In this document: in pieces, positions 63,901 through 64,000 of the stretch
Numbering within the stretch: the first letter of the stretch is position 1
How the letters are laid out: each line of letters opens with the position of its first letter
NCBI GenBank assembly: GCA_964035545.1
Contig: CAXIUT010000230.1
Location: 372,001-436,000 of the forward strand
Direction: 5' to 3'
Length of the DNA stretch: 64,000 nt
DNA from: Bugula neritina
Taxonomy: Eukaryota > Animalia > Bryozoa
Notes under the pieces: generated by a model
Seen by the model: only the letters and a program-made list of their open reading frames with translations
Database searches by the model: none
Told to the model about the DNA's origin: nothing
Program-made: the position numbers and the translations under genes

Positions 63901-64000
63901 CTAAATATACGGTAAGAAACTGAAATATACTATAACACATTAAAAAGTACAGCAACATACTGAAAGATACTGTAACATAATGAAACACACTGCAACATAC
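60990..64000. repeat. Non-adjacent copy of the ~48.3-51.24 kb segment
   Basis: ORF offsets of 12728 (48407/61135) and 12758 (49667/62425, 50654/63412, 50704/63462). Shared private variants ctgaactata ctgcaacaca cggc, cgttgtaatac, ctgagatata and cggtaagaaa. Confidence 0.88.

Larger units (their letters stand above)
1..64000. repeat. Satellite DNA array of 10-bp monomers (consensus CTGHAAYAYA), mostly alternating CTG(C/T)AACAYA + CTGAAATAYA dimers; runs off both window ends
   Basis: Every 10-bp block read is a variant of ctgcaacata/ctgaaataca/ctgaaatata/ctgtaacata. In 1-7440 the monomers coincide exactly with the printed 10-base columns. One orientation throughout, with no unique sequence. From the consensus monomers the plus strand is about 45% A and 10% G. 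Confidence 0.99.

Noticed and set aside
491-63920. Recurrent cctaaatatacggtaatatac cassette as a CRISPR direct repeat
   Set aside because: The intervening sequence is satellite, not unique spacers. Spacing is hundreds of bp and irregular, and there are no cas genes or leader.
82-63988. Several hundred minus-strand ORFs of 60-277 aa as Cys-rich or membrane proteins
   Set aside because: They overlap in all three frames with the same low-complexity peptide. The repeat period of 10 is not a multiple of 3, stops arise from sporadic variants, and there is no domain or codon-position bias. They are a by-product of the satellite.
1-64000. Telomerase-made telomeric repeat tract
   Set aside because: There are no G-runs, many monomer variants, and kb-scale higher-order duplications that indicate recombination-based amplification. 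A subtelomeric location cannot be excluded.
1-64000. Transposon, retron/DGR, phage, rRNA or tRNA elements
   Set aside because: No non-satellite sequence, terminal repeats, target-site duplications or enzyme-coding ORFs were seen.
1-64000. Inversion or strand switch within the array
   Set aside because: All blocks read CTG..AA.. on the plus strand and all ORFs fall on the minus strand. No reverse-orientation monomers were seen.
1-64000. Assignment to a named satellite (alpha satellite/CENP-B box, Drosophila AATAACATAG) or to a specific organism
   Set aside because: There is no 171-bp period or CENP-B box. The shared TAACATA with the Drosophila 10-mer is too short to imply homology. A database search is needed.
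1-64000. Synthetic or encoded DNA, or low-complexity sequencing noise
   Set aside because: Nested duplications with lineage-consistent shared variants are what natural satellite evolution produces. Noise would not reproduce rare variants at fixed kb offsets.

Overview
The whole 64-kb window is one uninterrupted, single-orientation satellite DNA array. It is built from about 6,400 copies of a 10-bp monomer (CTGCAACATA / CTGAAATACA / CTGAAATATA / CTGTAACATA; consensus CTGHAAYAYA), mostly as an alternating ~20-bp dimer. I find no gene, RNA gene, transposon, CRISPR array or unique sequence. Every ORF in the track is on the minus strand and is a reading-frame artefact of the repeat. The information lies in the variants, which show nested periodicities: 10 bp, 20 bp, an old ~300-bp landmark subunit, recent kb-scale higher-order repeats (3988/4288, 1640, ~3.3 kb, ~5 kb, 4620 bp) and an 8276-bp super-repeat. 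There are also long-range block copies and a left-to-right turnover of variant subfamilies. The 10-bp register is almost perfectly kept. The most unusual property is that the monomer is a purine/pyrimidine palindrome, so the minus strand alone can pair with itself through G-T/G-U wobbles. This looks like eukaryotic heterochromatic or (peri)centromeric satellite, but organism and function cannot be determined from the window. I see no support for a novel gene-encoded system. Counts and breakpoints were read by eye and are approximate.
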